Assembly (NCBI GenBank): GCA_965235115.1
Contig: OZ249436.1
Location: 8,186,001-8,250,000 of the forward strand
From: Laetmonice hystrix
Taxonomy: Eukaryota
DNA length: 64,000 nucleotides
Reading direction: 5' to 3'
Below the pieces are notes generated by a model that was not told the origin of the DNA, did not search any database, and saw only the letters and a program-made list of their open reading frames with translations. The position numbers were made by a program, and so were the translations under genes. Shown here in pieces: positions 39,924 to 53,573 of this stretch (position 1 is the first letter of the stretch; each line of letters begins with the position of its first letter).

Positions 39924-42900
39924 GTACCGACAAACTGTCCCCAGATGGGCCTTGTTTAGCGCCTACTGTCAAGATATCTAGCATGGAAGGAACTGTTGTG
40001 GGAACTCACTTACAATGATCCTATCATTGGGAAGCCGTAATAGTAATCTAGACTTGCGTGAGGACACACCAGAAGGTTTTAACGCAGATGAGATGAGATA
40101 GGGCTAATTGTTATTGCGTGTACAGGCCACACGTAAGTCTGTCATACCTGTATCTGCAGGGTGTAAACCTTTATTATGTCTTTATCATGACCAGAAGCAC
40201 CCTTGGCGAGGAGGCTTTAGCCACCAAAAGTTCCAGTTCAGTTTTCATCTTCTACGTAAACACTTGCCTATAGTCTAGTATGAAATGGTACTACCTTTCG
40301 GGATAGACACCGAAGTATTGGAATGTCTTAAAGATGCAACAGATCACTCACAGGGCACTGGCTATGACACATGGCAGTTACCCCATGTGAGACAGCCCCA
40401 TCCGCCATCAAAAAGTAGAAGTACGCCCGTCTCTCAGCCTCCAATCATACCAAGATAAATCACCACACCGATAGAAAATTGAAAGGGCTGTAATTCCCTC
40501 ACCCGCAGCCATTGTTGAGGGTTGGGGACTTCCCATGTGAAGGTGTAGTAACGGAGGGGGGGGGGGACACATGGGGTGTGGAGGTTGTACTTGGTCGAGC
40601 CTAGGTGACTGATGGATGACAAACGCACCTGTTGGCCCCTCGCAGTGTAACCCTTACCTCCTCACGCGCTGCTCAGTGAGAAATACCAGCCCACCTCGGC
40701 TGGGTCCGAGATCAACTACTTAACAACCAATTTGGTCCTTTTCATGCAAACTGCCACTTCGCACAGCATTATTCGTATAGGTGGTCCAAGCCGAGGCTTT
40801 GCCTTCGAATACATTGGCATATGCTGGAGAGACATCGCCAGGTTGTGCCTTAATGAATCCTTCATGCCGTAAAATTTGGTAGTCTTGACGTGTTTTCTGG
40901 CCCCATCTTAACCCATCCCCAAAAAGGAACTTATGCAAAAGCTATATAAAAGATTATCTTGAAAAAAATCGGATAAAAACAATAAACAGTTTAAAACCTC
41001 TATCGCTACATTTCCTTTCGTTGCTTATTGTATATTTCAAAGAAACCCAGGAATGTGCTAGCCCGTCAGGCCCTGAGCAGGAGTGATGTAGCAGTGAACT
41101 ATGATTTAGATCACCTGCCAAAGATCCCCCAACCCGTGTTTTTGATGGTGATATATGCACACAAACAAGGTATTAACATGATTAATGTTTGTTGTGGAAT
41201 CTTCGGATATTTTTCTGTCTCTCCTCGCACCTGTACGAGTATCTGGGCGGATACTTCACGGTCTAGTGGACAGGATGTTGTATAGATTAACAGGAAATGC
41301 AGCCCCACGATCAGATTACATACAGTGACATCAATCTAGTTCTTGTTAGGTAGATTTATACGGTTACTGACTGGATCACATGGCTCTTCCTCCTCTAGGA
41401 TGACTCTATTTAATAATCTGCCTGACACTTCCTCAACTTTCTTTATACCGTTCGATGTAATCGGACACGACCATGTAAAACCGGTGTACGCGCCCCCTGG
41501 TGGCAATCCCTGTACCAACGACACAGATCTAAAAGGTGAAAGATTTACGACGTATTAATCAACCAAGTCTGCTGGTCTCAGGCGTTTTACGAATGTTAGT
41601 AGGCGGCCTACAACGACTCGGGAATGTCATTGCCAAAGAATATTGAATTTAGAAAGATCAGAATCTTGTGTTGGATCCGGTAAAGATAGACTCCTTGACG
41701 GGACTAGATGTTGTAGTTATGGCACGGTTGTTTTGTTTTTTTTAAGCATCATATTATAACCCCTGCTGGAGGAATCGAGAACTATACACTTGCACGTTTC
41801 AACAGGTGACTGATGTGTATACTTCTGTCTTTTTAACGCGTTTTCCAAAAGCCATCGATCATGTAAAAACTCTAGAATATATGGGTCAGTGCACATATTT
41901 TTATGCGGAAAAATACGATACTGGTATGAAGTAATCATAATAAAAACCGAAAGTTTTAAAAACAACTATAGACCGACCAGCCTACTGTATAATGAATAGC
42001 AGGAACTGGTTCTACCTCGATAATGGTGTGGAGGAAAAGTCTTTGGACTTTTTGCGTAGAATGAATTTGTATTCTTCCATTGTGAATGACGTTGGTAGTA
42101 TATTCTAGGGCAGCTTTGGTTGAAACTGAAGAAGAAGAAGGATACAAAGTGTGTCTGGTCTATGTGGAAGCGACTCCCTGTTTACAGCCTGGGCTGTACA
42201 CACTAGACACTGAAATGTTGCTTCGATGACAGGAAGTGGGCGAGTCAGGTTCACAAAGCGGTGCATATTGCCCATGTGCCAATCATCCAACAGTTTTACC
42301 ACTGGGCAAAGTCCCAATCATGTAGAAAGAGCTAACTTCGCCCACTTGGATTACGGCTACTGTGGCAGCATGCAGTTGTACCCCCTATCCCCTGAAAAGA
42401 AGAAAGCTTTATACAAAATTTTGAGCGCCTTTAGTTGTAAACAAGAAGTGAAAGATTCTGAGGACCCTCTCCGTTAGTGCAAAGTTGGCTTAAAGTTTGA
42501 CGTTTAGCAGTCTTATGGACAATGTGCGGTCAACTTCTACAGTCATGCCATGCAACATGGACTATTATGTACCACCACATGACAACTGACTTCATGGACT
42601 TCCAGGTTGTTTGTGTGTGTGTGCGTTTTTTTTTTGTTTTAGCGCAATTCGCGACTTGCATTAACGTACCTCGTTTTTCTATGGTTAAGATTTAAAATGT
42701 ACCTTGAGTTCATTGCTTCTGATGCTGTAAGTTGTATGGGCCTGGTTTATGGAAGAGGCACAATATATTCCTCAACTTGCTCAAGCTTGCAAGTGGAGGC
42801 AAACTCGCGTTGCATCTCTGCTTACTCGGCACATCGGGGTGTGGGTGACATGCGGGGAAGGGTAGCGCCTCCTCTTCCAATGAATGCAAAGGGTTAAATG

Positions 42901-45900
42901 TACCGCCCCCTACACAGGGTTCCACTTTCAAAAGGGTGTGATCAGTTTCAGGAAAAGTCTCGAAAGGTGAAGCTGTACGGATCTTTGCCTCGTTTGTGTT
43001 TCCTACAACAGACGTGGTGCGCCTGTATTTACTGTGTATCTGGCTGGGGTGTATATCTTAGCAGCGCCAGCCTTTGCTTCCAGCCCCTATTTACACTGCA
43101 CCTGCCGAAGATTGGGGCCATGCCAATGTGCAACTGAATCATGCTTTGATTCTTCTGCTGGTCGAACAAGAGGGTCGGAAGATAATGATTTGCTGGGCAT
43201 CGGCGTGTTTTTGTACGGCACCCCTTAAACATCTTTGTCTTGCTTGTCCAATCTGGAAAGTGTAAGGCTCGCAGAGAGCAAACATTGGCAGCATCACCGG
43301 GGTATTACTCATGGATGGAGGGTGAAATGGGCAAGTAGATCGGGTGTCTGTGGCGGCTTGCGTTCGGTCACCGCGTCTCCCCATGCCCGGTGACGTTGGA
43401 TTCACTCGGCCACATTTACACAGTGTAGGTGCCATAACAGACGATACCTTGAGCTGTCCATCACACATCAGCTTTATGTGAGTGCCAATCATCGCCTTGC
43501 CCATGTCGCTCTGTGTTTGTCGACCAAGTACTACCTCAGTGTACCTTTCTGCTACCACTGAACCGACTAGCAGGTCAAATGAATAAACCAAGATTACGTT
43601 TCTCCAGTTTTCTTCGTTTTTTCCATTCAATTTCTTTTGTATTGGTCTTTTTCAAAAACTTATTCAGTGGTCCACAATTGTCAAAGAACAGCCTGGTTGT
43701 AGACACCCTGTACGCCGAAGAAAATTGGTGGAACATCAAACCCTACCTCTCTTTCTGAATGAGTGTGCATGTTAGATAAATATGTATATAACATGCTTGG
43801 TTTGGACAGGTGATGATTGATCTGGATATATGTATTAAATTACAGTTAAAAGGTTTCATGAAGGAAAAAATAAACAACACGTGTAAAAAGTACATTAAAA
43901 TTGGCACTTTCTTTTTTAAACCCGACTTGCATTATGAAATTTGTTGCAAAGTCAATACGTACTTTTGGGTGCGAGTGGTATTTTGGTTCAAAAGCTGCGT
44001 ATTATATATTTTTTAAACATGTAATAGACGCATAACTCCTTATGTACTGTGTGCTGCGTGTGTACTCACTCTCACCATGGATGACAAAGTATAAATCACC
44101 GATCATTTAATACTACTGGGTGTCCTTTGTGCTTTCATATTTTACATAGTTTGGACGGATTCCTCAGGATGAAAGATGCTTTCCTTGCAGCTGATATAAC
44201 TTCGACCATAACCAAAGGCCAAATCCATTCCAATGGATGAATCATGCAGCATGTTTTAGCACACGGTCGGCTAGGCAAATAGGGTAAACACTAACTAGAG
44301 GGGAAAGGGTTATTTTCTCAGCTTTCATAACGGTTCCATCCAAGAATTAACCTTGAAGCCTTGAGGGCTGGTATCGGAGATGTGCAATCAGGAACATGGA
44401 TCCGAAACTTGGTTCAGACGATGGTGATTATTGGACCCTTACAGGCATAGGAATCAAACAGAAGGCACTGCTTCCATGTTGGTCTACTGTACATAATACT
44501 CAGGGATTATGCTGAAAATAGAATATCACTTGGGAATTCGAAGGTGGCAACATTCTGTAGTTGAGAACCTTATGGAAGTGCTGCCCTAAGGATTTAATTT
44601 ATTTCACTATGAAAGGTGCATAGAACGTGAACTGCAAGTTGCTGGACATCTGTAAGTGTAACATTGGCAAAATAATTACTGGTTTACATAGGACTGTACT
44701 CAATATACTTTGACATTTTTATGGTCCGTTTCTCACCAGTAAAATATCCAAGCCCTATATTTCGTACATCGTTAAAAACGTAAGTCATAAGGCCCATCCC
44801 GCGATGCGATGTCCCACAACCGTGAATGTCTGGAGGGGACGTTATTAATGCATGCTGTGTAACTGGTCTCCGTGACGTGACGTTATCGTGCGTGGTGACG
44901 TGACGTATTGTGCGTGGGCGGGTTGTCCCTGGACGGGAACACGTGGCCAGACACGGAACAACCAAAGGGCATCGAAAAGGTTAAAAACTCCTGTGGTGAA
45001 ACTTGACAGACGTAACTAGCTGACAGCGTGTACGTCATGGTGCCCAGTGAAGGTAGCCAGAACGAAACGACAGTCTCTAAAATGTTCCTGGGCTGGGGGA
45101 TTGCCGTAGTGACCATCACGAGACACACACACCCCTGTTTGAGTTATTAAATGCAGCTGTAATTGGTTGGGCGTATGCTCTTAGTTGCCATACAGAGTAG
45201 CTGTTGCTCCGTAAAATAATCTGCGCCTTAAAAAAGATGGCGATGGAGTATTATTCTAGGGTAATTCATCAAATAGAAACAGAGAATATGACTAAAGTAA
45301 TACTTTGAGCTTCCGTAGCTGTAAAAATCGTGGGATGGGACTAAGGATATAGGATTCAACCGATTCTGTTATGAACATGCACATGTAGGCCTACTTAAGA
45401 ACTTTATGGCCTTCAAAACTCAGCTTATGTTAACTCGGACACGGTTTGCCATAAGAACTCCCGGCTGTCCAGGTATAACCCCGCCCCCTAGTGATTATTT
45501 TTAACTGAGGCATGAACAGTTGTTCTACAAGTACCCCGCTGGGGCCTAACTGGCTGTTTTATTCCCTGTCGGTGGTGTTGGTCATTATGCACTCATGGGG
45601 CCCCAAAGAAGTACTTATTAATAAAATGCTACTTTGATATACACCCTATATTAGAGTCCGGTATAGTCCTATACAATGTATACATAGTGATGTTCCAAGT
45701 GCCAATACATGAAAATATATTGTATTGATGTGTGGGTAGACTGAGCCAACAACTAGGCCTGCTCAGTCATCATTTTAGATCTACAACACAAGACATGCAT
45801 ACAACTTGCAAGTACATTTCTGCAACAAATCAGCCGTACCGTCGGTGAAATGATTGCCACATGACTGGACCAAAGTGACCCTATGAACTTTTTACAGTCC

Positions 45901-46910
45901 CTTCTTTTGATAAAGACGACAAAGTGATCAAACTCGGGTCATAGCTGCTGTCTGTCACTCACCAGCTGTTGGCACTAGCCCTGAGTCTGCTAATTAGGCA
46001 CTAGAGAATGCATCCATGTGAAAATAACCTCGGGCCTGTAATTATTCAGCCATAAGTGTTAATTGCACCCATACCAAATCTATGGATAGCTTAAAGATAA
46101 GTACTTCAAAGCGTTTTGTATTTCGCCTGGGAGAAACCCCAGCGATATTGCCCCAAACCTTTCCTTTGCTGGTAATGAGTGATTTTCTTTTTCAGCAACC
46201 AGTTTTAAGAATCTCAAAGGAATTAGCTCAAAAGCTTTGGGACAAATACTGCCGCTAGGCGGAGCCTTAAGATAGTCATGGAACCACGAGCGCTCCTCGT
46301 TGGTGCTTAGCCGTTCGAGTGCTACCAGATATACTTCCACCGATTATAGCCTTTACTTAAAGGACACCCACAAAATGAATGACTGAATGATTTAGGTCAA
46401 TATAGTAGGACGTCATCTGTAATGATGATGGGAGCCAATAGCACCCAATAGGGGGCACGAGGGGCTCTACACTCTCCCATCGTCCCCAAAATCCCTGGAA
46501 TTTTCATTGTTTGCCTATCATTGGTCAGTAGGCCTAGACTCTACATGTTCTTTGTGCCGCTCGGTCCGAAGTGAGGCCTTTAAAAAGGATCCGAACTGTT
46601 ACTTTAATCTTGGATAGCGAAAGAAGTGCCAGGAATAGGCCTACTTTAGATATTCATCTCCAGTACGATTGGTACGACATTCAGCCACCTCAGTATTTCA
46701 TAGTCTTGTACAGTTTACTACATGTAACAGCTAAAACCAGTGCCCACCCCATTCTTGAAAACGCGATTATTCACCTTCCGTCCTTTCTTTAACCCCCGTT
46801 TCCTAATTCATGGAGCCGTTCAGGAAAATATTATACACGAACCGCAGTTGATATAATAGACGGTAAAACCTAAAATATTTGTTAAAGGTATCATCATTTC
46901 TTTTATCCAG

Positions 46911-47179
46911 AGAGTCGCGAGAAAGCCTACATTTACGGCATCTCCTCCGCTGGAGTCATGCACTCAGTGACGAAGGCCTGCGCCAAGGGCGATCTGAGCA
47001 TCTGTACATGTGACAGAAACATCCGCTCCCGGGAGGCTAAAGGGGACTTCATCTGGGGTGGCTGCTCCGAGAACGTCAACTTTGGTGACAAGTTCACCCG
47101 TGAGTTCCTCGACACGAAGGAGAACGGGCAGAGTGTGGAGGGCCTCATGAATGTCTGGAACAACGGCGCTGGAAGGAAG
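46911..47179 (+). CDS. WntA: Wnt ligand (WntA-like), coding exon 3 of 4
   Basis: ttttatccag| acceptor and |gtaggt donor, phase compatible with exon 2; (K)SREKAYIYGISSAGVMHSVTKACAKGDLSICTCD...FIWGGCSEN...LMNVWNNGAGRK. The SRExAYIY..SSAGV and RACAKG-like motifs are why I favour WntA; Wnt family membership is certain, the subfamily needs a tree. Confidence 0.95.
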
Positions 47180-47768
47180 GTAGGTGCTGCCACCTGCTGC
47201 ATTCAAACCGAACCTGTACAAAGTGTGAAGGATGGACCCCAAACTCTGCAATATTTCCTTGCCAGCCATCACTGAGGCCTATTCTGCAAATTGGTTGCAG
47301 TCTTTAAACTCAACTTTTCAAGAATGTAGGCTAACAAAGAAACTTTAGGCCTAGCCTATAGGACTGGTTAGTTCATGGTATAATCTGCCTTGGAATACAG
47401 TTGAAAGAAATGCTCCCAAAAATTGAAATTGAAAGCCCCCCCCCCAAGCATTGCGGTTTTAATCAGTTTCGCCACAGTCAAGGTCTGTTTACAGCCAATT
47501 TATATTTAACAACGCAGAAATCGATTAAAAACGATGCATCTTCATAGTCACTAGAGGGCGCCACCTAGACGTTTGGGACAAGTTATCCGTTGAGAAACTT
47601 TGGGACAAGTTATCCGTTGAGGAACGTCTGTCCGGTGCCCCTTTAAAATAAAGCCCTAAGAAGAGAACATCATTGTAGATTTTAAAGTTTCAACTGCAGA
47701 TTTGTAGGTATTAGCTTAGTTAGACCTATATTTGTATACTTATGACCCTTTCTGGTATTTCCTTGCAG

Positions 47769-48230
47769 ACAGTGAAGCAAAACATGCGTCTCCTCTGCAA
47801 GTGCCACGGGGTGTCCGGCTCCTGTTCTGTGCGAATATGTTGGCGAACGATGGCGCCATTCCGGGAGATTGGCGCTAAACTGCGCCAGAAATTCGACGGC
47901 GCCAGCCGCGTCAAACTGCACACCAAAGCGTTTAAACTGAAGCCTATCACCCGCCGACAGAAACGGCCGACACGCAAGGACCTTGTGTACATTGACGAAT
48001 CTCCCGATTACTGCGAGGCGAACGCTGCGTTAGGATCGCTGGGAACCCGTGGACGGGAATGTAACAAGACCAGCCCAGGCCTTGACGGCTGCACCCTGAT
48101 GTGCTGCGGCCGCGGCTACAACACCATGTTAAAACAGGTGAAGGAAGACTGTAACTGCAAGTTTTACTGGTGCTGCCGCGTCGAGTGCGAGAAATGCACC
48201 CTGACTGTGGAGAAAAATTACTGCAATTAG
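47769..48230 (+). CDS. WntA: Wnt ligand (WntA-like), coding exon 4 of 4
   Basis: ccttgcag| acceptor; TVKQNMRLLCKCHGVSGSCSVRICW...CCGRGYNT...CNCKFYWCCRVECEKC...YCN*. Contains the Wnt signature CKCHGVSGSC with the palmitoleoylated Ser. Summed CDS 74+257+269+462=1062 nt, 353 aa. Confidence 0.97.
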   Translation, partial: TVKQNMRLLCKCHGVSGSCSVRICWRTMAPFREIGAKLRQKFDGASRVKLHTKAFKLKPITRRQKRPTRKDLVYIDESPDYCEANAALGSLGTRGRECNKTSPGLDGCTLMCCGRGYNTMLKQVKEDCNCKFYWCCRVECEKCTLTVEKNYCN

Positions 48231-51200
48231 CATGCACCGATATCGGAGGAACTTGACGGGACATCGCGATTTCTTCCGAGTCAAACAACACACAAGAAAA
48301 GAGACGCGGTGCGGCATTGCTATAGAGAATGTAAACTTACTGACTTGAAACATTCAACTGCTCTGTGAGGCGACAAACGTGTCTCCCTTCAATGAGAAAG
48401 TTTCATTCAGATTTAAGTGAATGATTCATTCATTCATGCCGAATGAATCTGAGTGAGTCTGACGCGGTCAAGCGAATTAAAGTGGGGAAACGCGGGAAAC
48501 GCTGCGAACGTAGTCCTTTTGAATTTCAGACACCATGAGAAAGGGGAAGACGGCATAAAATAGTGGAAATCTCCGCTCAGGCATGTGCTGCCACCTGTTG
48601 GGCAGGAAAGAAACGAAGAAGTTGGAGCCTCTGCCAGATTCAAATGGACATAAATGTGATTGCCATGACGCTCCTCTGACTGAGTAGAAGTCGGAAAATG
48701 GACAGTTTTGTGATTGGCAGATGTCTGACCTGTACATACCTGACAAAAGCAGTTGGTCTTTGAAGCAGTTTACGTTGCTATATATACTTATTGTAGTGTC
48801 CTGGTGTTTTGTTTGGAATACACCATACCATATTTTATTCTCCTGCTATAAAGGAGACATCGCGAGAGAAGCAAACTTAACAGTGATATACATATGATAA
48901 TGGTAAATGGTGAACTTACATGAGGAACTTGCCATTTAATTTATTGTGGCTTCAGTGGCCAAACGTGTGGTTGCTATATAGACCTTACAGGTTCTCATTG
49001 AAAATAAGCACAAAAAAGCCTGAAGCTCATCTTTTTGATATGTTTTTAAATGTCTTACCTATATCTAAATAACTATTGATACATGTTAGCCGTGTAACAA
49101 TGTTTAATTTACTATAGACAGCTATTAATTAAATAGCATGTAGTTAGATACGTTGTAACGTTTTCAAACTGCGACCAAATGTACGAGTATATTGCAAGGT
49201 TACATTTGTAACAAGTAATTTGATCCAACACTCCAGATTATGGCCCGGACTAAAACCCGCTCGACAAGGCTCTTGCTTTAATCCACTTATCAATTTGATA
49301 TTTCAGGGGTTGTGGATATTTAGTTAGAAGAATCCCATATATGTGCGTATTTTACACGTCATATATTGTTAGTTGAAGATAGTTTAAATTTCCTTAAACA
49401 AAAGTCACATGGAATTATGTTGTATTCCTTGGTCCTTATTAATAATCCACATAATATGCCAGTTCGGTACATGTGGTCAATTCTTTCTTTAAAAAAATAA
49501 AGGCATGAAAAAAAATCTTCAACGAGCTTGCCTAACCATAGGTTGATAAATAGTCACTATATATGTACCACACGTAATTAACATATCTCCAGTAAGATGG
49601 TAATAATAGTTATAATATAGTTGCTGGTATCCCCTCATCACATATTGCTGAGAAATGTTCCTTTAATTAAATCCCATCTTTGAAAAGGTCAAATATGAAA
49701 AGATGAATTTTAAATTACCCAGTTTAATACCTTCAAGTAAATAAATAGAACATCCTAATGTTCATTTATGATACACCAGGTCAGAGTACCGACAATATGT
49801 TTACAGAGCGACTGCCAATGCATATCAAGGCTCAAAGGCTAGATAACTTAAGGCCCACTATATTTCTGACGAAATGTACTTTTGTTCCACATAGAATCTG
49901 AAATAAGAAATCTATTTCGTATTGCTCTGTAGGACAATAAATATAATTGTAACGGGGCCAAACAGTTGATGCTACAGTTCTGAGATCTAAAAGTTGAACT
50001 AGCAGTAATCCTTAGCGCTGGGGTTGGCCAGTTCTCATGACACCATGCAAATATGGTTGAGAATTGAGTATCTATCACGAGTGTGTATGTATATAACATG
50101 TACCTTATTGATATCACATATATCAGGTAGAACCAGTTAATGTAGTTGAACAAATCTCAGGACTCTACTTTTCCCCCATTACGGCTCTACATATTATATT
50201 TCATGTATGTTGAATAGTCCCTGGAAATTACTAGTGTCTGTACGGTCGGCAGGTTCAAATACTAACCTAAGTATTGTATTTTGTAGTGTATATAGAATTT
50301 CACATCTTATTCTGAACCCTGGGAGTACTGACAAGGTCTCGTAAAATCCGTACATGTATGTGTCTTGGTCAAACACTTCGAGATTTTCAAAAGACATGAC
50401 TGAGAAGGCCACTATGGTTAAAAAAATAGCCACTGAGATATTTTTCATTTTCTTCAGAAATGTACAGATGGCCTGGTTTAAAATGTCTGGTCTCCATTTC
50501 TTAACAGAATATGTATGAATTCATTATACTGTTTGTGGTAGTTACAAGTACAAGTTTTCTAGAAAAAAATGTTTAGAAATTAACATTGGAGTTAGTGTTT
50601 TCATTTCTTAAACATTTTTGAAAAATAATTTCACTTTCAACACAACTTTCTCATTAAATACTGCATCGTTGTAATGACGTGTATGTTAAAACGTAATGTC
50701 GTTAACGTAATAAAATAATATGCAATCATTTTCGGAGTACTATGTTCGATGCTGTTCTTTACATAGAAAGTGTTGAGAAGAAATCTGACCGAGGCTAACG
50801 ACAAAGAAAATTTAGCAATCACGTTGCTGAATAACTTGAGAAGGAAGGATTTGGAAACCTGAAGTGAAATCAATTACGAAATATCACTAAGTAATTCTTG
50901 GTCACAACCAAACGAATACTCTTGAACAGATAAAAACAGGAAAATTTATTTACCGTTATGTTGGTTGATTTCAAGTGTAAATAACTTCATAAAATACTCT
51001 AAAATGACCTAGGAATCCTGTCCCATTTTCCTTAGACAAAATGACACCCCTTTACACTGGATGGTAAGCACTTTCTAGTTTAAATACCAGGGTATTTGAA
51101 TTTCTCCTTAAACACTGCATGAATATATTCCCTTTAATTTACTGAAAACACTTTTTTCAGAGGGATCTCATTCAAGCACAAGAGACCCTTGAATTCGGGA

Positions 51201-51362
51201 AAATAAGCCACCATTACCTAACCTAATCGGCATATATTGGAGATATTTACAAAAAATCTTTTACAGTATCCCTGTGTTCTACTAGAGTATACAACCAGTA
51301 ACCAGGAACAATAATTGGCAACAAATTTAATTATTAACTCTAAAGCCACTTGCCACAGACTG

Positions 51363-51542
51363 TTATCTCTTTGGAAACATTTTCATGAAGAAGATCATCC
51401 AGCAAAACGTCATGCAGACAACAATGAGCATGATCCATATCCACCAGTTACATGATTTCTGGACGTGTTTATCTAACCGCTCAGACTCCACCTTCAATCG
51501 CGACATGTTGGAGTCGGCCAACTGAGTGGACTTCCCAAGGCT
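51363..51542 (-). CDS. USE1: USE1 exon 6 of 6 (C-terminal transmembrane anchor)
   Basis: ttgcag|SLGKSTQLADSNMSRLKVESERLDKHVQKSCNWWIWIMLIVVCMTFCWMIFFMKMFPKR*; tail anchor. Total CDS 741 nt, 246 aa. Candidate AATAAA on the minus strand at 50945-50950. Confidence 0.94.
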   Translation of the reverse strand, partial: SLGKSTQLADSNMSRLKVESERLDKHVQKSCNWWIWIMLIVVCMTFCWMIFFMKMFPKR

Positions 51543-51970
51543 CTGCAAGCAGACATACATGAGATGCAAATGAGCTGTTGTCGCTCTCATGCAGCATTTG
51601 AGACTATGGCATTTTTATATGTAGAACAAAAGAACATGCTGATGGAAAATTCTAAAAAAACTAATTATGCAACAATACAGTTCTGGAAAAATTTATGTCA
51701 AGAACAGTTACTCATACTGGGTTGGCTCTACAGTTGGCATCAATTATTGGAGGGCATAAACTTCACTTAAACTACCTGAAAATTCATAATTTCATTATAA
51801 TTGTGGCCACATTATTCGACAGGGCATTTCCAATTTCTCTCAAAAAGATTCTTGACCTTGTACGGCTACACCTCAAAAAAGGCCCTCTCTTTTGATGATC
51901 ACTGTCTTTTCATGAAATCTAGCAAAAAAAGCCCAGGACATTTAGGTCTGCAACCTTGAAAAAAATATAC

Positions 51971-52152
51971 CTTGTTATCTTGTTGAACAATTTTGCCTGC
52001 AGCTCTAGCGTTTTCCTTCAGGTTTCTTGCGAGCTGCACCATCTCCTCAGCCAGCTTCTCCTGCACACTGTGCTGGTACTTAAGGACAGCGTCCAAGTCC
52101 TCTTCTGTACTCCCACCACCTTTGCGCCGATGTACCAAACCATTCTCAGACT
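51971..52152 (-). CDS. USE1: USE1 exon 5 of 6 (SNARE coil)
   Basis: ttgcag|..SENGLVHRRKGGGSTEEDLDAVLKYQHSVQEKLAEEMVQLARNLKENARAAGKIVQQDNK|gtatat; QEKLAEEM..LAR.LK motif. Confidence 0.94.
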
Positions 52153-52503
52153 CTGCAACCAAACCAAAATAGTCACCCAGACATTGTCACAATACAATTC
52201 AAGACAATATAATTCTAGTTTGTTTGATACACCATTATTCTTCATTTCCTCCAAGACAAGATCATACGATGGGAATAATTTTCTCTTTTTTTTTGGGGGG
52301 GGGGGGGGGGGGGGGGGTTAAAACAAATTCCTAGAATACCATCCAGGTGTGGACAAGATAAATTCATTGCAAAAATAACACATGTATTTTTGTTGATGAC
52401 AAAATCCTAGAGTAGCACCCAGATACGCAGTGGGTAGAAGCCTACTTTGAATGAACTCATTACAAACTAAACAGTCCATATCTAGTTATCTACCATGACC
52501 CAC

Positions 52504-52657
52504 CTTTCCCATCATTGCCAAGAAGTTCGTCTCTCATTTCCCGTTGATACCGCCCTTTTGTTTGTAGGTGTACCTCTCGGCTGGGCAGGGCATTGTCTGC
52601 AGTGCGCAGTGCTGGGGTCAGCAGGTCAGTCGCCAAGGCTTTCTCAGTGACTGAGGA
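52504..52657 (-). CDS. USE1: USE1 exon 4 of 6
   Basis: ttccag|SSVTEKALATDLLTPALRTADNALPSREVHLQTKGRYQREMRDELLGNDGK|gtgggt. Confidence 0.92.
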
Positions 52658-52961
52658 CTGGAATAACAAACAGGATCATGTCCATCAATTATAAAACAAA
52701 TTCTAATACGAGTTCCAAGTATGGTTTCAACCTTGACCTGTGTGAAGTTAAATGTTTTAAATGTCAAAGATATCGCTGGCAACATCATTCCCATTGTCAA
52801 ACATCATACCCATTGTCAAACATCATGCCCACTGTCAAAGAAGATGACGATTAGGACGAATTTAACTGATCCAATTATGATTTTTTCCTAACTCTTATTC
52901 TGAATTAGACCCCCTATCTATAAAAGAATTTAACTGAAGAAATATCGGTGAAAGTACTTAC

Positions 52962-53040
52962 CAACTTTTCTGTTTCTATAAGGCCTTTTAGAAATTCCAC
53001 TTTTCTTGTATACTCTGCAAGTATCTCTTGTGTCGGTTTA
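52962..53040 (-). CDS. USE1: USE1 exon 3 of 6
   Basis: caatag|KPTQEILAEYTRKVEFLKGLIETEKL|gtaagt; resembles USE1 KP..EV..EY..KVDFLKG. Confidence 0.92.
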
Positions 53041-53195
53041 CTATTGAGACAACAGAAATAATAAAAATCATATAAAACCAGCAATTGTGAGGTTTGTATT
53101 CTGTTAGAAATATACTATTTAATTTGTGTAAAGCGAAAGATCGACCTGGAAAATGTAAAATTTTCAGTTCATTCTGCATCCTCTGAGCCACTTAC

Positions 53196-53245
53196 CCTGG
53201 AGCTTTTCTAAGTTCTGTCAACTGGTCTTGCAAAGCTCCAACATA
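53196..53245 (-). CDS. USE1: USE1 exon 2 of 6
   Basis: ttttcag|YVGALQDQLTELRKAPG|gtaagt; 50 nt, in frame. Confidence 0.9.
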
Positions 53246-53477
53246 CTGAAAAATTAAACATACATAATATTATGTGACTGACACTGTCACTGACCTGCTG
53301 CTGACAGTGACAACGCCACGCCGCCCACGGCCGTCAGTGCAAGCAGAGCGGCCGTCTGCCCACGTCAGCGGTTACGGAGCGATAATAGGGGTTTTGTGTA
53401 CGATTAGTTGGCCGCTGTACCTGTCATTCGTGACTAACTTTACAAACAATATCCACATACATTTCTGGTAAAGTTAC

Positions 53478-53573
53478 CTTTTCCAACCGCCAGTCTCCTT
53501 CCCTCCTCTCCCCTGCCATCGCCTCACAGCGATGCAACAAGCGGTTGAAGTTTGTCTCCAGCCGAGTCGCCAT
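53478..53573 (-). CDS. USE1: Vesicle transport SNARE USE1, exon 1 of 6
   Basis: MATRLETNFNRLLHRCEAMAGERREGDWRLEK|gtaac; closely resembles the USE1 N-terminus (SRLELNLVRLLSRCEAMA...WRLEK). Confidence 0.93.

Noticed and set aside
43139..43630. 163 aa minus-strand ORF and other 100-150 aa intronic ORFs (9035-9493, 14081-14482, 37984-38433)
   Set aside because: No motifs, no consistent splice context, composition like random sequence.
47947..48291. Antisense ORFs overlapping Wnt exon 4 (likewise over exon 3, USE1, TEX45-like and NDUFA13 exons)
   Set aside because: Shadow ORFs of GC-rich coding exons.
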